From Octopus sinensis (lineage: Eukaryota), in NCBI RefSeq assembly GCF_006345805.1, contig NC_043014.1, positions 32,922,001 through 32,986,000 of the forward strand: DNA of 64,000 bases, given 5' to 3'. Shown here piece by piece: positions 37,965 to 50,815 of this stretch. Below the pieces are notes generated by a model. The model made no database searches. It saw nothing but the letters and a program-made list of their open reading frames with translations, and was not told the origin of the DNA. The translations under genes were made by a program, and so were the position numbers. The stretch's first letter is position 1; every line of letters begins with the position of its first letter.

Positions 37965-38441
37965 AGCGCTAAGACCACCTGGAGTGCTAAGAACACTTTG
38001 AGTGCTAAGAGCACCTGGAGCGCTAAGAGCATGATCGTTGCCAGAGCAGCAAACTGTCTTCCGTGCCAGTGGCACATAAAAAGCACCATTTGAGTATGAT
38101 CGTTACCAGCATCACCTTACTGGCACGTGTGCTGGTGGCACATGAAAAAAACATTCGAGCAAGGTCATTGCCAGTGCCGCTGGACTGGCTCCTGTGCAGG
38201 TGGCATGTAAAAAACACCATTGAGCATGGCTGTTGCCAGTACTGCCCGACTGGCTCTCATGCTGGTGACACGTAAAAGCACCCACTACATTCTCAGAGTG
38301 GTTGGCATTAGGAAGGGCATCCGGCTGTAGAAACTCTGCCAGATCAGTTTGGAGACTGGTGCAGCCATCTGGTTCGCCAGTCCTCAGTCAAATCGTCCAA
38401 CCCATGCTAGCATGGAAAGCGGACGTTAAACGATGATGATG
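37963..38441 (+). mobile_element. RTE 3' end with an 18-bp tandem repeat at its 5' junction
   Basis: (ggagcgctaagagcacct)x~4, then minisatellite units and (gat)n tail. Confidence 0.85.
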
Positions 38442-39049
38442 TTTATGTTCAACGGTGATGATGCTTCAGGTTCCGTCTACCAAATCCACTTACAAGGCTT
38501 TGATTGACCCAAGGCTATAGTAGAAATCACTTGCCCAAGGTTCCACACAGTGGGACTGAACCCGGAACCATATGGTTGGGAAACAAGCTTCTTATCAAAC
38601 AGCCATGCATGCTTCTCTCACCCTCTCTCACAGAGTGTTTTAGTATTTTCTGTTTCTCTATTTTCTAACCTCTCTCCACCACTTCCAATTATCCTCCCTC
38701 CCTCTTTCCCTCTCTCTTTCTCTTTTTCTCTTCTCTTTCTGTATGTATGTGAATGTGTGTGTGTCACTGTATGTGTGTGCATGTGTGTGTGTGTGTGTGT
38801 GTGTATGTTTGTGTGTGTGTGTGTTGCTCTAGTGCTCTCTGTACTTTTAAGCATCTATCTGTCTCCAGGCATCTCCACACCCTACTACCCCCAATTTTTA
38901 GTACACCACCATCGCCACCACCCAGTTTCTTCTACCCAGGTGTTAAATATGTCTATTTTATCTCACACCTGACAATCAGGAGAATTAAAATAATTTAATG
39001 TAAAAATTGAGCTTCATTGATTTATTTTCTTTCTAATAAAACACTTCTG

Positions 39050-39559
39050 GATGGTGGTGGTGGTGGTGGGGGGGGGGTTGTTGTTGGTGGTGGTGGTGGT
39101 GCTGGTGCTGGTGCTGGTGGTGCTGGTGGTGGTGAAAGGAGGTGAAAATGGTGGTTGTGATGAGGGACCACAGTAGGAGGATGATCATCACAAGTGATGT
39201 AGAATAGTCAATGTAGTGAATTTATTGGTTTTATATGTGATGGTGGAGGTGGTGGGGATGGCGAAGATGGTGACAGTGGCGGTGGCAGCAGTGGTAACAG
39301 CAGTGGTGGTAGCAGCAGCAGGGTAGCAGCAGTAGGGGTAGCAGCAGTAGTGGTGGTGGTGGTGGTGGTGGTCGTCGTCGTCGTCATCTTGGTTTTGTGA
39401 TTATCCCACTTAATTGTGACTTGTAGATCTATCCAGATGCTAAAATAAATATGTCATCTCATCATCAACATCATCATCAGCATCATCAGCATCACCGCCA
39501 CCATCAGCAACAGCAGCATCATTATTATAATCATACCCACTACCACCACCACCACCACC

Positions 39560-39605
<46 letters not shown>

Positions 39606-39625
39606 CCACCACTACCACCACCACC

Positions 39626-39659
<34 letters not shown>

Positions 39660-39702
39660 TCATCATCACCACCACTACCACCACCACCACCACCACACCA
39701 CC

Positions 39703-39736
<34 letters not shown>

Positions 39737-39775
39737 TCACCACCACTACCACCACCACCACCACCACCACCACCA

Positions 39776-39825
<50 letters not shown>

Positions 39826-39839
39826 CCACCACTACCACC

Positions 39840-39885
<46 letters not shown>

Positions 39886-40010
39886 CCACCACTACCACCA
39901 CCACTACTGCCGCTGCCGCCACCGCTGCTGCTACCACTGCTGCCACGACCACTGCTGCCACCACCACTGCTGCTACCACCACTGCCACCACCACTGCTAT
40001 CATCATCATC
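39050..40010. repeat. (GGT)/(GCA) tract followed by (CAT)/(CAC) compound tract
   Basis: Seen directly. Confidence 0.9.
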
Positions 40011-40356
40011 GTTGTTTTAATGGGTCACATTATCCATGCTGACATATTTTGCAATTTCTATAAGTTTCAATATCTGTAATTTCACGATAATCAAGCACAA
40101 TCCACAATTTCCAGTACTATAAGTGTATCAAGTTGCTCTTTCCACCATATTCTTATCTTCAGGAAGATGGACAAATCTGGAGATTTGTTAAGACTGCTGA
40201 AACGTGGAAGAGAGATACCAGCTGGTCTGAGTGCTCTCTACCCACAATAACTAACACTGAAAAAAAATCTAAAATGACTACAGCAACTCAGGGAAACTAA
40301 GCCAGAACAACCTGCCATCCTCTACACACCATCATAAACTGCGAGCAGGGTACAAA

Positions 40357-41580
40357 TTGTTGTCCTTAAATGCTCGTAGTTTATGCAACAAAATACATTT
40401 GTTCAACGCCTACGTCAGAAGTATTGACCCTGACTTCATCACTGTCACGGAAACATGGGCACATTCCTTACTCTGTGATGGGGTTTTCAACATTACGGGG
40501 TACAACCTCTTCCGTAAGGACCGCATTAACCGCCGTGGTGGTGGTGTGATGGTCTACGTTCGTTCAAATTTTTCGGTAATTCCTTTGAACGAATCACAAG
40601 AAGAAGTTTTTTTCTGTGACGTACGTATGACCATGTCAACACTCCTGCTTGGCATTGTTTATCGTCCCCCAAATTACCATCAGGACACACAGCTTTGCAA
40701 TATCCTCCGAGCTGCTGCCAGGAAAACAGCCATTTATGTTTTTATTGCAGGCGATTTCAATCATCCTGAGATCAATTGGGAGACCTTCCATTGGCCACAG
40801 AGTGCAAACGATTTTGTTGAGCTTGTACTGGACTCAAACTGGTCACAAGTAGTCACCTCTCCAACAAGAGGCGACAACACCTTGGACCTGCTCTTCACCA
40901 CAACTCCTGAAGCGGTTATCAATTGCACTACGGAGGAACCTCTAGGTGACTCTGATCATGCTATGATCATCGCCAATCTGGCTCTTGTGGGCAACAAAAA
41001 CCTGAACCATCTCCAATCTGCTTCCTTCGATTGGAAGAGAGCAGATTGGAACCTGTACCACACTGAACTACAGCACCCAAACTGGCGTGAATTCTACAAC
41101 TCTGGAGATGTGAATACTATACTCCAGAGTATCCTGGACTCAATATGGGCAGCATGTGCAGCATCAGTGCCATGTAAACAGAAAAAGAAGAACCGCCCCA
41201 AAAGGGCAATTTGGGAAACTTCAGCGGTGCGACTTGCCAGGAAGGAACGTCGGACTGCTGAACGGGAATACAAGTTGCATAAATCAGACACCAACAGGAA
41301 GAAGTGGAATAAATCTTCCAACCATCTCAAGCAAGTGACAAAAAAAGCAGTGCTTGAATTTGAACAGTGCATAGCAGCCAATCCTGACAGCAAGGTTTTC
41401 TGGAAATATGTGCATTCAAAGCAGAGGCCTCACTCTCCAGTGGGCCCTCTTCACAACCCTCACACAAAACAGATCACCGACGACCCCAAGGAATGCGCAG
41501 AACTCATTGCCGAGTGCTATGCAAACATATTCACTGTTGAAAGTCAAAAAGTCAAAATGTACCATCTTCACCATCACTAA
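40357..41580 (+). pseudogene. LINE ORF2 apurinic endonuclease domain and linker (frameshifted at end)
   Basis: LNARSL, VTETW, YRPP, GDFN, TLDL, SDH motifs. Confidence 0.9.
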
Positions 41581-41600
41581 CAGCAAATTCCATAACAACT

Positions 41601-43127
41601 ATGGAATTTACACCTGCAATGCTGCGACGTCACCGTCACCTTCAAAATAAGCACAACTATGCCTCCCCTGGTCTCGATGGAGTTACATACCTGCTTCACA
41701 AACGTGGCAGGTACTTCCTTTTACACCAGCTTTCTATTTTCTTCCAGTACTGTCTCAACAATGGTGCTACTCCGGAGCAGTGGAAAACTGCCAGTGTCAT
41801 TCCTCTGTTCAAAAAGGGCGACCGCACATCACCTGTCAACTATCGCCCAGTCAGTCTCACTAGCTGTATTGCAAAACTGATGGAATCGTGTGTCAGAGAA
41901 ACACTCTGGAACTTCTGGAGCTCTCACAGTCTCATCCGACCCTCACAATATGGATTTGTCCCTAACTCCAGCTGCAGTGATCAGCTTGTCGAGTTCCTTG
42001 AGGACATTACTCAGATCACTGACAGTGGCTCATGGGTGGATGTTGTCTACCTTGACTTTGCTAAGGCTTTCAACTCTGTGCCACACAAAAGGCTTATGGT
42101 GAAACTCTCTGCAATGGGTGTGAGGGATGACCTTTTTAACTGGTTGAAATCCTTCATCCTCAGCCGAAAGGAGGTAGTCACAGTTCTAGGACAGCACTCT
42201 ACACCATATGAGATGTCATCGGGTGTACCACAGGGATCTGTCCTTGGTCCCCTCTTGTTTGTGGCATACATTAATGACATAGATGCCAATTTAAAGAATG
42301 CCACAGTATTGAAATATGCAGATGACATCAAGCTGTACCTTGAAATCAAGAGGACAGATCCTGATGTCAACAACTCTTTCCTGCAATCAGACCTAGACAC
42401 AATGTAGCAATGGATCACAGACTGGCAACTGAAACTGGCTGTGGACTAGTGTACCACCATGCATTTTGGGAGAAAAAACCCTGCGTCCACATACTCCCTC
42501 CACAACACTGATATCAAGAAATCCTCTTGCGAGCGTGACCTAGGCATCACTGTCAGCAGTGATTTGCGTTGGACAAAGCATATCTCTAAAATTGTCAAGA
42601 AGGCCGAGGGTGTCTTGGCATCACTCAGCAAGACTTTTGTTAGCCGCTCTCCAGCCATCTATTTAAAACTGTATACAGCTATGGTACGACCACACTTGGA
42701 ATTCGCATCATCAGTTTGGAACCCCTATCTTGCTCAGAACATTGACCTCCTGGAATCTGTCCAGAGACGTGCAACCAAACGCATACCCTCCATCAGACAC
42801 CTACCATATTCTGAGCGCCTTGTTTCCCTGGGCATGGATTCACTGAAGCTCCAGCGTCTGGCGACGGATTTGGTAAACACCCACAAAGTTATCAACCACC
42901 TCACCAACAACAACACTGAACACCTTTTTGATCTCCATGTATCTAACACACGTGGACATGCCTACAAAGTCAGAAAACAACACAGCTCCCATGACTTTCG
43001 GAAACATTTTTTCACGCTCAGAGTTGCTGAAGCATGGAATAAACTGCCTGCATCAGTTGTTGACTGCCATGACACTGCATCCTTTAAGGCCCTCATGCTT
43101 TCCGAAATCCGCCGAAACTACACCTGA
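41601..43127 (+). pseudogene. LINE ORF2 reverse transcriptase and C-terminus (two in-frame stops near 42405 and 42447)
   Basis: NYRPVSLTS, YLDFAKAF, GVPQGSVLGPLLF, YADD, VRPHLEFASSVWNP. Confidence 0.92.
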
Positions 43128-43267
43128 TTATATATACACTTTAGATGAGTTGTAGTGCACCTGAGCACTGTACACAATTATTATTATTATTATTATTTCA
43201 GTACAGAGACATGTTCAGTTTTCGAAGAAATTGGGAGAAAGAAGCAGAGGTAACTCAATCTTTTGAT

Positions 43268-43590
43268 CTGGCACGTTGTTGGTTACAACGACAAGGGTTC
43301 CAGTTGTTCTGATGAACAGAACAGCCTGCTCATAAAATTAACGTGCAAGTGGCTGAGCACTCCACAGACATGTGTACCCTTAACATAGATCTTTGGGAGA
43401 CTCATCATGACACTGAATGTGACAAGGCTGGCTCTTTGAAATACAGGTACAACTCATTTTTGCCAGCTGAGTGGACTGGAGCAATGTGAAATAAAGAGCC
43501 TTGTTCGAGGACACAATATGTCACCAGGAATTGAACTCATGACCTTGCAATCAAGAACCAAATACCCAAACCACTAAGCCACTTGCCTTT
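43268..43590 (-). mobile_element. CORE-like tRNA SINE (family C1), uninterrupted copy
   Basis: tRNA head at the right end; CORE-like ccagtccactcagctgg; homologous to 44010 and 49775. Confidence 0.75.
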
Positions 43591-43602
43591 GATCATGTAT
43601 TG

Positions 43603-43940
43603 AGACCTCCTTCTGTCATGTTTGACCGTGGGATTGCTACTAGAAAGTTACCCTCCCAGGCACAAGTCCAGGTAAAGTTGTTTATGGAAGACCAGCAGTC
43701 TCCCATGCATACCAGCCTCCCCTCTCCACACCACTGATGTTATCCAAGGGGAGGGCAAAGGGGCCGATACAGCTTGGCACCTGTGACATCGCAACTCATT
43801 TCTACAGCTGAGTGAACTAGAGCAATGTGAAATAAAGTGTCTTGCTTAAAAACGCAACATGCAGCCCAGTCCAGCATTTGAACTCACAACCTCACGATCA
43901 TAAGCTCAACGCTCTAACCACTGAGCCATGCGCCTTCACT
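43603..43940 (-). mobile_element. CORE-like tRNA SINE (family C2)
   Basis: Homologous to 56543-56876. Confidence 0.8.
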
Positions 43941-44009
43941 TGAGCATGTATATTAGCTATGTATATCAACATATTTATTGTGAGTACCTCATAACTTTGA
44001 TACTATCTA

Positions 44010-44565
44010 TAGGTGTTGTGGCTTAGTGGTTAGAGGTATTCAGCTCACAACTCTAAGGTCATGAATTCAATTCCCAGCAATGCATTGTGTCATTGAGCAA
44101 GTCACTTTATTTCATGTTGCTCCAGTCCACTCAACTAGTAAAAATGAGTAGAACCTGTAGTTCAAAATGGGTCCGCTATGTCACATTTTGTGATATGCTG
44201 AAGTTCTCTAAGAACTACGTAAAACCTTTAGCATTTGGATTACTCTGTCAAATAGAATTCTTATTTATTCTTATTCTTTTGAATTAATTATGCATTATCT
44301 TGTAACTTTGAGATTTCAATGACATGATTGTTTATTTCCAAAATAATACTGTAAGGTAAGTATGACAGGTGAGATTTGGCCAGTTTGAACATAAAACAGG
44401 TAGAATATTTTGGCTGGATATGGCCGGTTTAAATGTTAAAGGCTTAAGAGTGCACATGTCTGCAGAGTGTTCAGCCACTTGTACATTAATTTCATGAGTA
44501 GGCTGTTCCACTGATTGGAGCAATTGGCATTGATTGGATCAATTACTCATCATTGTAACTGATGC
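44010..44565 (+). mobile_element. Family C1 SINE interrupted by P1 MITE
   Basis: Head gtggcttagtggttagag; body resumes at 44448. Confidence 0.75.
44224..44443. mobile_element. P1 TTAA MITE
   Basis: cctttagcatt..aatgttaaaggc-TTAA; left target duplication degenerate. Confidence 0.8.
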
Positions 44566-44644
44566 TGCTCAATATATATGTCATCACTTTATATTTGATT
44601 TCATGAAACCTTTCAAACTCAATAAAGAAACCACCATATATGGA

Positions 44645-45745
44645 TCATCATCTGTGTCTGCTTTCTATGCTGGCATGGGTTAGACAGTTTGACTGAAAAC
44701 TGGTAAGCTGGAGAGCTGCACAAGGTTCCAGTCTGATTTGGCAAGGTTTCTACAGCTGGGTGCCCTTCCTAGTGCCAACCACTCCAAGGGTGTAGTGGGT
44801 GCTTTTTACATGCCACCAGCATGGGCCCCAGTTACATAACACCAACATCAGCCACAACTACGACCTTACTTGGCTTGACTGGTCTTCTCAAGCATAGTAT
44901 TGAGTTGTCCAGAAAGTTCGTGCCAATTTATAGTAGCTTACCTTTTGACTTATTTTAGAACATGGTTGAGTCCATGAAATAGTATTTGACTACACCTCCA
45001 TTTAGAGCACAGCTTAAGCTATCTTTTTGTGGAAGAAGGCTTCTGTTCCTATAACCTGTGTTAATTCTGTAACCCTTTAAAATGGAAGTTCATTTTCAGC
45101 ACTTGACACTTTGGAAACCAGACAAAAATTGCTGCAGCTCGGCTGGGATGTGTTACCCCACCCTCCATATTCACCAGATATTGCTCCTTTGGATTTCCAC
45201 TTATTCAGGTCTCTGCAGAATAGTCTTAATAGTAAAAATTTCAATTCCTTGGATGACATAAAAAGATACCTTGATAAATTCTTTGCCATGAAACCACCAC
45301 AATTCTAGGAAGAGGGTATTTTCAAGTTAAAGGAAACATGGTGACGTATTGTGCAACAAAATGGTTCATATTTGGTTGATCAAAAATGTAATGGCAAGCA
45401 TTTATTGACCTTTTTCTTTCCTTTAAAGATTGGCACGAACTTTCCGGACAACCCAATATATTGCCTAAGGTCTCAGCCACTTTTCACTGTGTCTGTGAGG
45501 CCCAAAATTTGAAGGATGCTTTTTATGTACCTCTGGCACGGGTGCCAGTTATGTGATGCTAGCATTGGTCACGACTATGATTTCACTCGGCTTGACAGGT
45601 CTTCTGAAGCGCAGCATATCACCCAACATTCTGACATGAGTGCTGGTTACATAACACTAGCATCAGTCACAACTGTGATTTCACTTGGCTTGACAGGTCT
45701 TCTCAAACACGGCATATCACCAAAGGTCTCAGTCACTTGTCATTG
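44645..45745 (-). mobile_element. RTE 3' end interrupted by mariner
   Basis: Tail and ggtcttctcaagca repeats on both sides of the mariner. Confidence 0.7.
44900..45456 (+). mobile_element. Internally deleted mariner element
   Basis: TIR ttgagttgtccagaaagttcgtgccaat / attggcacgaactttccggacaacccaa; TA TSD; LGWDVLPHPPYSPDIAP.DFHLFRSLQN. Confidence 0.9.
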
Positions 45746-45897
45746 TTTCTGCAAAGCTGGGTAAGAATATAAAAGAGATTTGATTTAAACATCACCATAA
45801 ACACCAGCCTATTATTTGCCAGCATTTTAGGCATTAGACAAGATTTGACCACAAACATCACTTTAGAGAAAGCCAAATGAGGAAACCATATACATAC

Positions 45898-46290
45898 AGG
45901 TGCAGGAGTGGATGTGTGGTAAGTAGCTTGCTTACCAACCACATGGTTCCAGGTTCAGTCCCACTGCGTGGCACCTTAGGCAAGTGTCTTCTTCTATAGC
46001 CTCGGGCTGACCAAAGCCTTGTGAGTGGATTTGGTAGATGGAAACTGAAAGAAGCCTGTCGTATATATGTATGTGTGTGTATATGTTTGCATGTCTGTTT
46101 GTCCCCCCAACATCACTTAACAACCAATGCTGGTGTGTTTACGTCCCCGTAACTTAGCGGTTCGGCAAAAGAGTCCGATAGAATAAGTACTAGGCTTACA
46201 AAGAATAAGTCCTGGGGTCGATTTGCTCGACTAAAGGTGGTGCTCCAGCATAGCCACAGTCAAAGAGTAAAAGAGTAGAGAGTAAAGAGA
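45898..46290 (+). mobile_element. SINE family A
   Basis: Full structure with short internal repeat. Confidence 0.85.
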
Positions 46291-46544
46291 GTATAATTAA
46301 AAATTAAATTAATCATAATTAAAAACCTTGTAGATGCCATGAGTAGTGAAGTTCCCATTTTTACCTCTGACAGAAATATTTTCAACTGGGTTGCCTTTGC
46401 TATAACATTGCAATAACAAAAAGTGGCTTTAACAAATACACTGATATGGAAGACTCTCCTTTTTATGTCAGAATTATGAAGAGGAAAGGAATTTGATTCA
46501 ATCCACCAGTCAATGTGAATGTAGCATCCAACACAGCCAGAAAT

Positions 46545-46610
<66 letters not shown>

Positions 46611-48019
46611 TGTGTGCATGTGTGTTTGTGTGTGTTTGTATGTGTGTGTGTGGATGTGTGTGTGTTTGTATGTGTGTGTGTGTGTGTATGTGTGTGTGTG
46701 TGTGCATGTGTGTTTGTGTGTGTTTGTGTGTGTTTGTGTGTGTGTGTGTGTGTGTGCGTGTGTGTACAATCCTGGTTTTGCTACTTCTACACTTTTGCAG
46801 TTGTTGTTGCCATCACTGATGCAACAGCCATACCAAGTGATGTTTTTGTTTAGCCCCAGGTCAGCTTTGACCATGTAGACAAATAATCAAATGGCACTTC
46901 AATTATGACCATCCCTATCAAGTTGTTTTCAAGCATAGTGTATCTAGGACCATAACATCTAATGTGTCCTAGTTTTCTGTTTTTTTAGATTACAAATAGT
47001 AAGCTGAGGAAGATTTAGGTGCTATTTCTAACAGATTGAATAACCACATATATATTATTGCTGCTGTTGATGACATTACTGCTGCTGCTGCTGTTGTTGT
47101 TGTTGTTGGTAGTGGTGGTGGTGGTGGTGGTGGTGGTGGTGGTGGTGGTGGTGGTGTCTTTGTTGCTATTGTTGTTTGTTGTTGTTTTTATTGTTGTTAC
47201 TGTTGTTGATTATAAAATATACATAATGTTTAATTTCCAAAATAAAGAGACTGAATATCTTTACCACATCAAGCGCTGTGTGGGTGGAATGGTTCAGGGT
47301 TGTGTAGCTGGCTGTAATTTAGTTAATCAAAATTTAACCAATCAAAATTCAACCAATCAACGTTTAGCCAATCAGAAATTCAACCAGTCAAAAATGAGCT
47401 AACTATTTTGTAGGTCAATTACATTTCAATTTGATTTCTGCCGTAGAAAATTGGAAAAGAGTCAAGCTGATAAAATTGTTTAAAATGAGGGAAAAATGCA
47501 TATAAACATGTACACTCTCTTCTCACATGTAAACACACATGCACACACATGCACAAATAACGTAAATAAACATGTATGTGTATATGTGTGTGTATAGAGG
47601 GAGAAAGCGAGAGGGAAAGAGATGTATAAACACAGGCACATATATATATATATATATATAAACTATATATGTATATACATATATGCACACAGACAAATAT
47701 ATATACATGAACGTGTATATACACACAAACACAACTATACATGCATATAAATACATGTATGTGTGTATTTACAAATATATGTGTACACACACACATGTGC
47801 ACATGGACAAACACATATTTAAAATTACATAATTACATATATGTATGTATATGTGTGTGTTTGCATATATATATAATGTATGTGTATATATTTATATCAT
47901 CATCATCATCATCATCATCATTGTTTAACATCCGTTTTCCATGCCAGCATGGGTTGATATATATATAATGTGTGTGTGTTTGTATTTATATATGTGTGTG
48001 TGTAAGTGTGTGTGTGTGT

Positions 48020-48060
<41 letters not shown>

Positions 48061-48280
48061 GTGAAATATTGTCAAATGGTTAAGAAATGGTGCAGTTTCA
48101 AGGTAGTGATTTCAATTCTATTGCACAGAAACATCATTTTGCATAACCTTAGATAAACCCATAAATTATGCATGGAACTGGATAGATGGAAACTGTAATG
48201 AAGCTCATTGATTAGAATATACTTTTAATTTCTTTATATCTATTCTTACTTGCAAGATCTTTTAGTTTCCATATCTTCCT

Positions 48281-48686
48281 ACTCTTTTTACTCTTTACTC
48301 TTTTACTTGTTTCAGTCATTTGACTGTGGCCATGATGGAGTAACGCGTTTAGTCGAGCAAATCGACCCCAAGGCTTATTCTTTGTAAGCCTGGTACTTAT
48401 TCTATCGGCCCCTTTTTGCCGAACCATTAAGTTACAGGGACGTAAACACACCAGCATCGGTTGTCAAGTGATGGTGGGGGGACAAACACAGAGACACAAA
48501 CATATACAAACACATACATATATACTTTGGGCTTCTTTCAGTTTCCATCTACCAAATCCACTCACAAGGCTTTGATGGCCCGAGGCTATAGTAGAAGACA
48601 CTTGCCCAAGATGCCATGCTGTGGGGCTGAACCCAAGCCATGTGGTTGGTAAGCCAGCTACTTACCACACAGCCACTCCTGCACCT
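48281..48686 (-). mobile_element. SINE family A
   Basis: Full reverse copy. Confidence 0.85.
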
Positions 48687-48734
48687 ATACTGCGCTTATA
48701 CTCCTTGTAGTCTTTTGTTTCTCTGTCTAAGACA

Positions 48735-48771
<37 letters not shown>

Positions 48772-48951
48772 ATGCATGCGTGTGTGCATGCAAGCGAGTG
48801 TGTGCATATGTATGTGTGTGTGTATGTATAGACACACACACACAGACGTATGTGACCTCATTAGTTTCTTCATCCTAGATTTACACAAAAAGAAGTTCCC
48901 TTCCACTAGCCTGGGCCTCTATAAGTATGATGTGTTGGCAATATCAAGAAG

Positions 48952-49114
48952 GGTGTAGGAGTGGCTGTGTGGTAAATAGCTTGCTTACCAACCGCATGGT
49001 TCCAGGTTCAGTCCCACTGCATGGCACCTTGGGCAAGTGTCTTCTACTATAGCCTCAGGCCGACCAAAGCCTTGTGAGTGGATCTGATAGACGGGAACTG
49101 AAAGAAGCCCATCG

Positions 49115-49208
<94 letters not shown>

Positions 49209-49320
49209 TGTGTGTATGTTTGTGTGTCTGTGTTTGTCCCCCCAACATTGCTTAACAAACGATGCTGGTGTGTTTACATCCCCATAACTTAGTGGTTCGG
49301 CAAAAGAGACCGATAGAATA
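48952..49320 (+). mobile_element. SINE family A (3'-truncated)
   Basis: Head, (TG)n core; ends at gaccgatagaata. Confidence 0.85.
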
Positions 49321-49610
49321 GATAGATGCAATAAGGGCATGGTCATCAGCATATAGTAGTTCCAATGGGCATCCAGTTTTGATTTCCTCTGTTATAGCCT
49401 GGATGACTATGATAAATAATAGAGGACTGAGAACTGAGCCCTGGTAGACCCCTGCTTGTATGCTAAATTCATCAGCCATTGTATTCATGGCTTACTCTCA
49501 CTCTACAGACAGCACTGCCGTACATGTCTTGTACAGCCCTAAGAAGCCATTCATCTATTCCTAACTTCCTTAGAGACCACCAGATAAAAGCTTTCTGCTA
49601 GTTGACATAT
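49321..49610 (-). mobile_element. RTE RT fragment
   Basis: GVYQGSVLSPLLFIIV..GCPLELLYADD. Confidence 0.85.
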
Positions 49611-49774
49611 ATTTATTAATATTTAGCGGAAGCAACAGAATGACTCAAGGGCTGAGAATTTCATGCACTAGCACTTATCAAACTAGTTACAGATTAAGGC
49701 ATTGTGAATTTATTTACCAGTGATAATAATATTTCCCTGGATAGTTCTGGAACAAATCATAAAAACAATTACAA

Positions 49775-50325
49775 TGAAGGTACATGGATTAGTGGTTACA
49801 CTATTCAATTCACGATTGTAAGGTCATGAATTTGATTCCCAAGCAACATGTTGTGTCCTTTAACAAGACACTTATTTCATGTTGCTTCAGCAAACTCAGC
49901 TGGCAAAAATTAATTATACTTATAATTCAAAGAGGCCAACCGTGTCACATTCTGTGTCACACTGAATCTCTCTGAGAACTACATTAACCCTTTTGTTACC
50001 AACCTGGCTGAAACCACCTCTGGCTCTGTAGTACAAATGTCTTGTTTTTATAAGTTTTGAATTAGAATCTTTCACCAAACCTTAGTCACAATTTATGTTC
50101 CTAACACTAGCTGAATGGTAACTAAGTTATTTTACTAAATTCTTTGTTATATTTAAAGTAATTCAAAGAAACACAGAGCATCTCAAAATAAATACGGTAA
50201 CGAAAGGGTTAAGGCTATGCATGTCTGTGGAATGCTCAGCCATTTGCATGTTAATTTCACAAGCAGCCTGTTCTGTTGATTAGATCAACTGGAACACTCA
50301 TTACCATAACCAATGGAGTGTGCCA
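49775..50325 (+). mobile_element. Family C1 SINE interrupted by P2 MITE
   Basis: Head catggattagtggtta; body resumes at 50213. Confidence 0.75.
49988..50208. mobile_element. P2 TTAA MITE
   Basis: TTAA 49984-49987 and 50209-50212; TIR cccttttgttacc / ggtaacgaaaggg. Confidence 0.88.
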
Positions 50326-50489
50326 GATTTACATATGTGTGTGTCTGGGTTGAAAGGTGTATCCTTACTATTTTTCCATGATAAATAATTTTTGTGTAAT
50401 ACATAATTGATTATTGATCATTTTCACTAGATTCATTGTAACCATATTTACTTTTATTTCACATTCCTTCATTTCTTAATATAAAGCGG

Positions 50490-50815
50490 TCAAGAGAAAG
50501 AAAGGTAAAGGAAAGCAAGATTTTTACTGCTTACTTTCAGTCATAGAAAGAACAGTGATGTTATTTTCTTTGTATTCTATTATTTTCAAGAAGGGGTTGT
50601 AAAAAAGAGGGACAAGGCAAAATATGAAATATGAAAATATGAAAAGAAAGAGAAAGTCAGAGAAGGCAGATATTTTGCTGCTTGCCTTTCAAATGTGTTA
50701 AGTTGTCAACAGAAAGCAAATTTTTTACTGCTTGCTTTCAGTCATAGTAAGAGCAGTGACCAAGAAAGAGAAAGACAGAGAAAGTAGATATTTTGCTGCT
50801 TGCCTTTCAGCCATG
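50490..50815. repeat. Diverged ~55-65-bp tandem repeat (agaaagcaagattttactgcttgctttcagtcatag)
   Basis: About four related units. Confidence 0.6.

Larger units (their letters stand above)
40275..43198 (+). mobile_element. CR1-clade LINE, 5'-truncated near the end of ORF1, near-complete ORF2
   Basis: Possible ORF1 end (..CAGGGAAACTAA); APE and RT motifs; 3' stem-loop agtgc-acctga-gcact and (ATT)n tail. Confidence 0.92.

Noticed and set aside
39451-40020. 189-aa His/Pro-rich ORF starting with ATG
   Set aside because: Made entirely of CAT/CAC triplet runs with frame slips; no splice or domain support
46320-46545. Complex non-repetitive stretch inside a 204-aa minus-strand ORF
   Set aside because: ORF length comes from a (CA)n tract; no convincing splice sites or motifs
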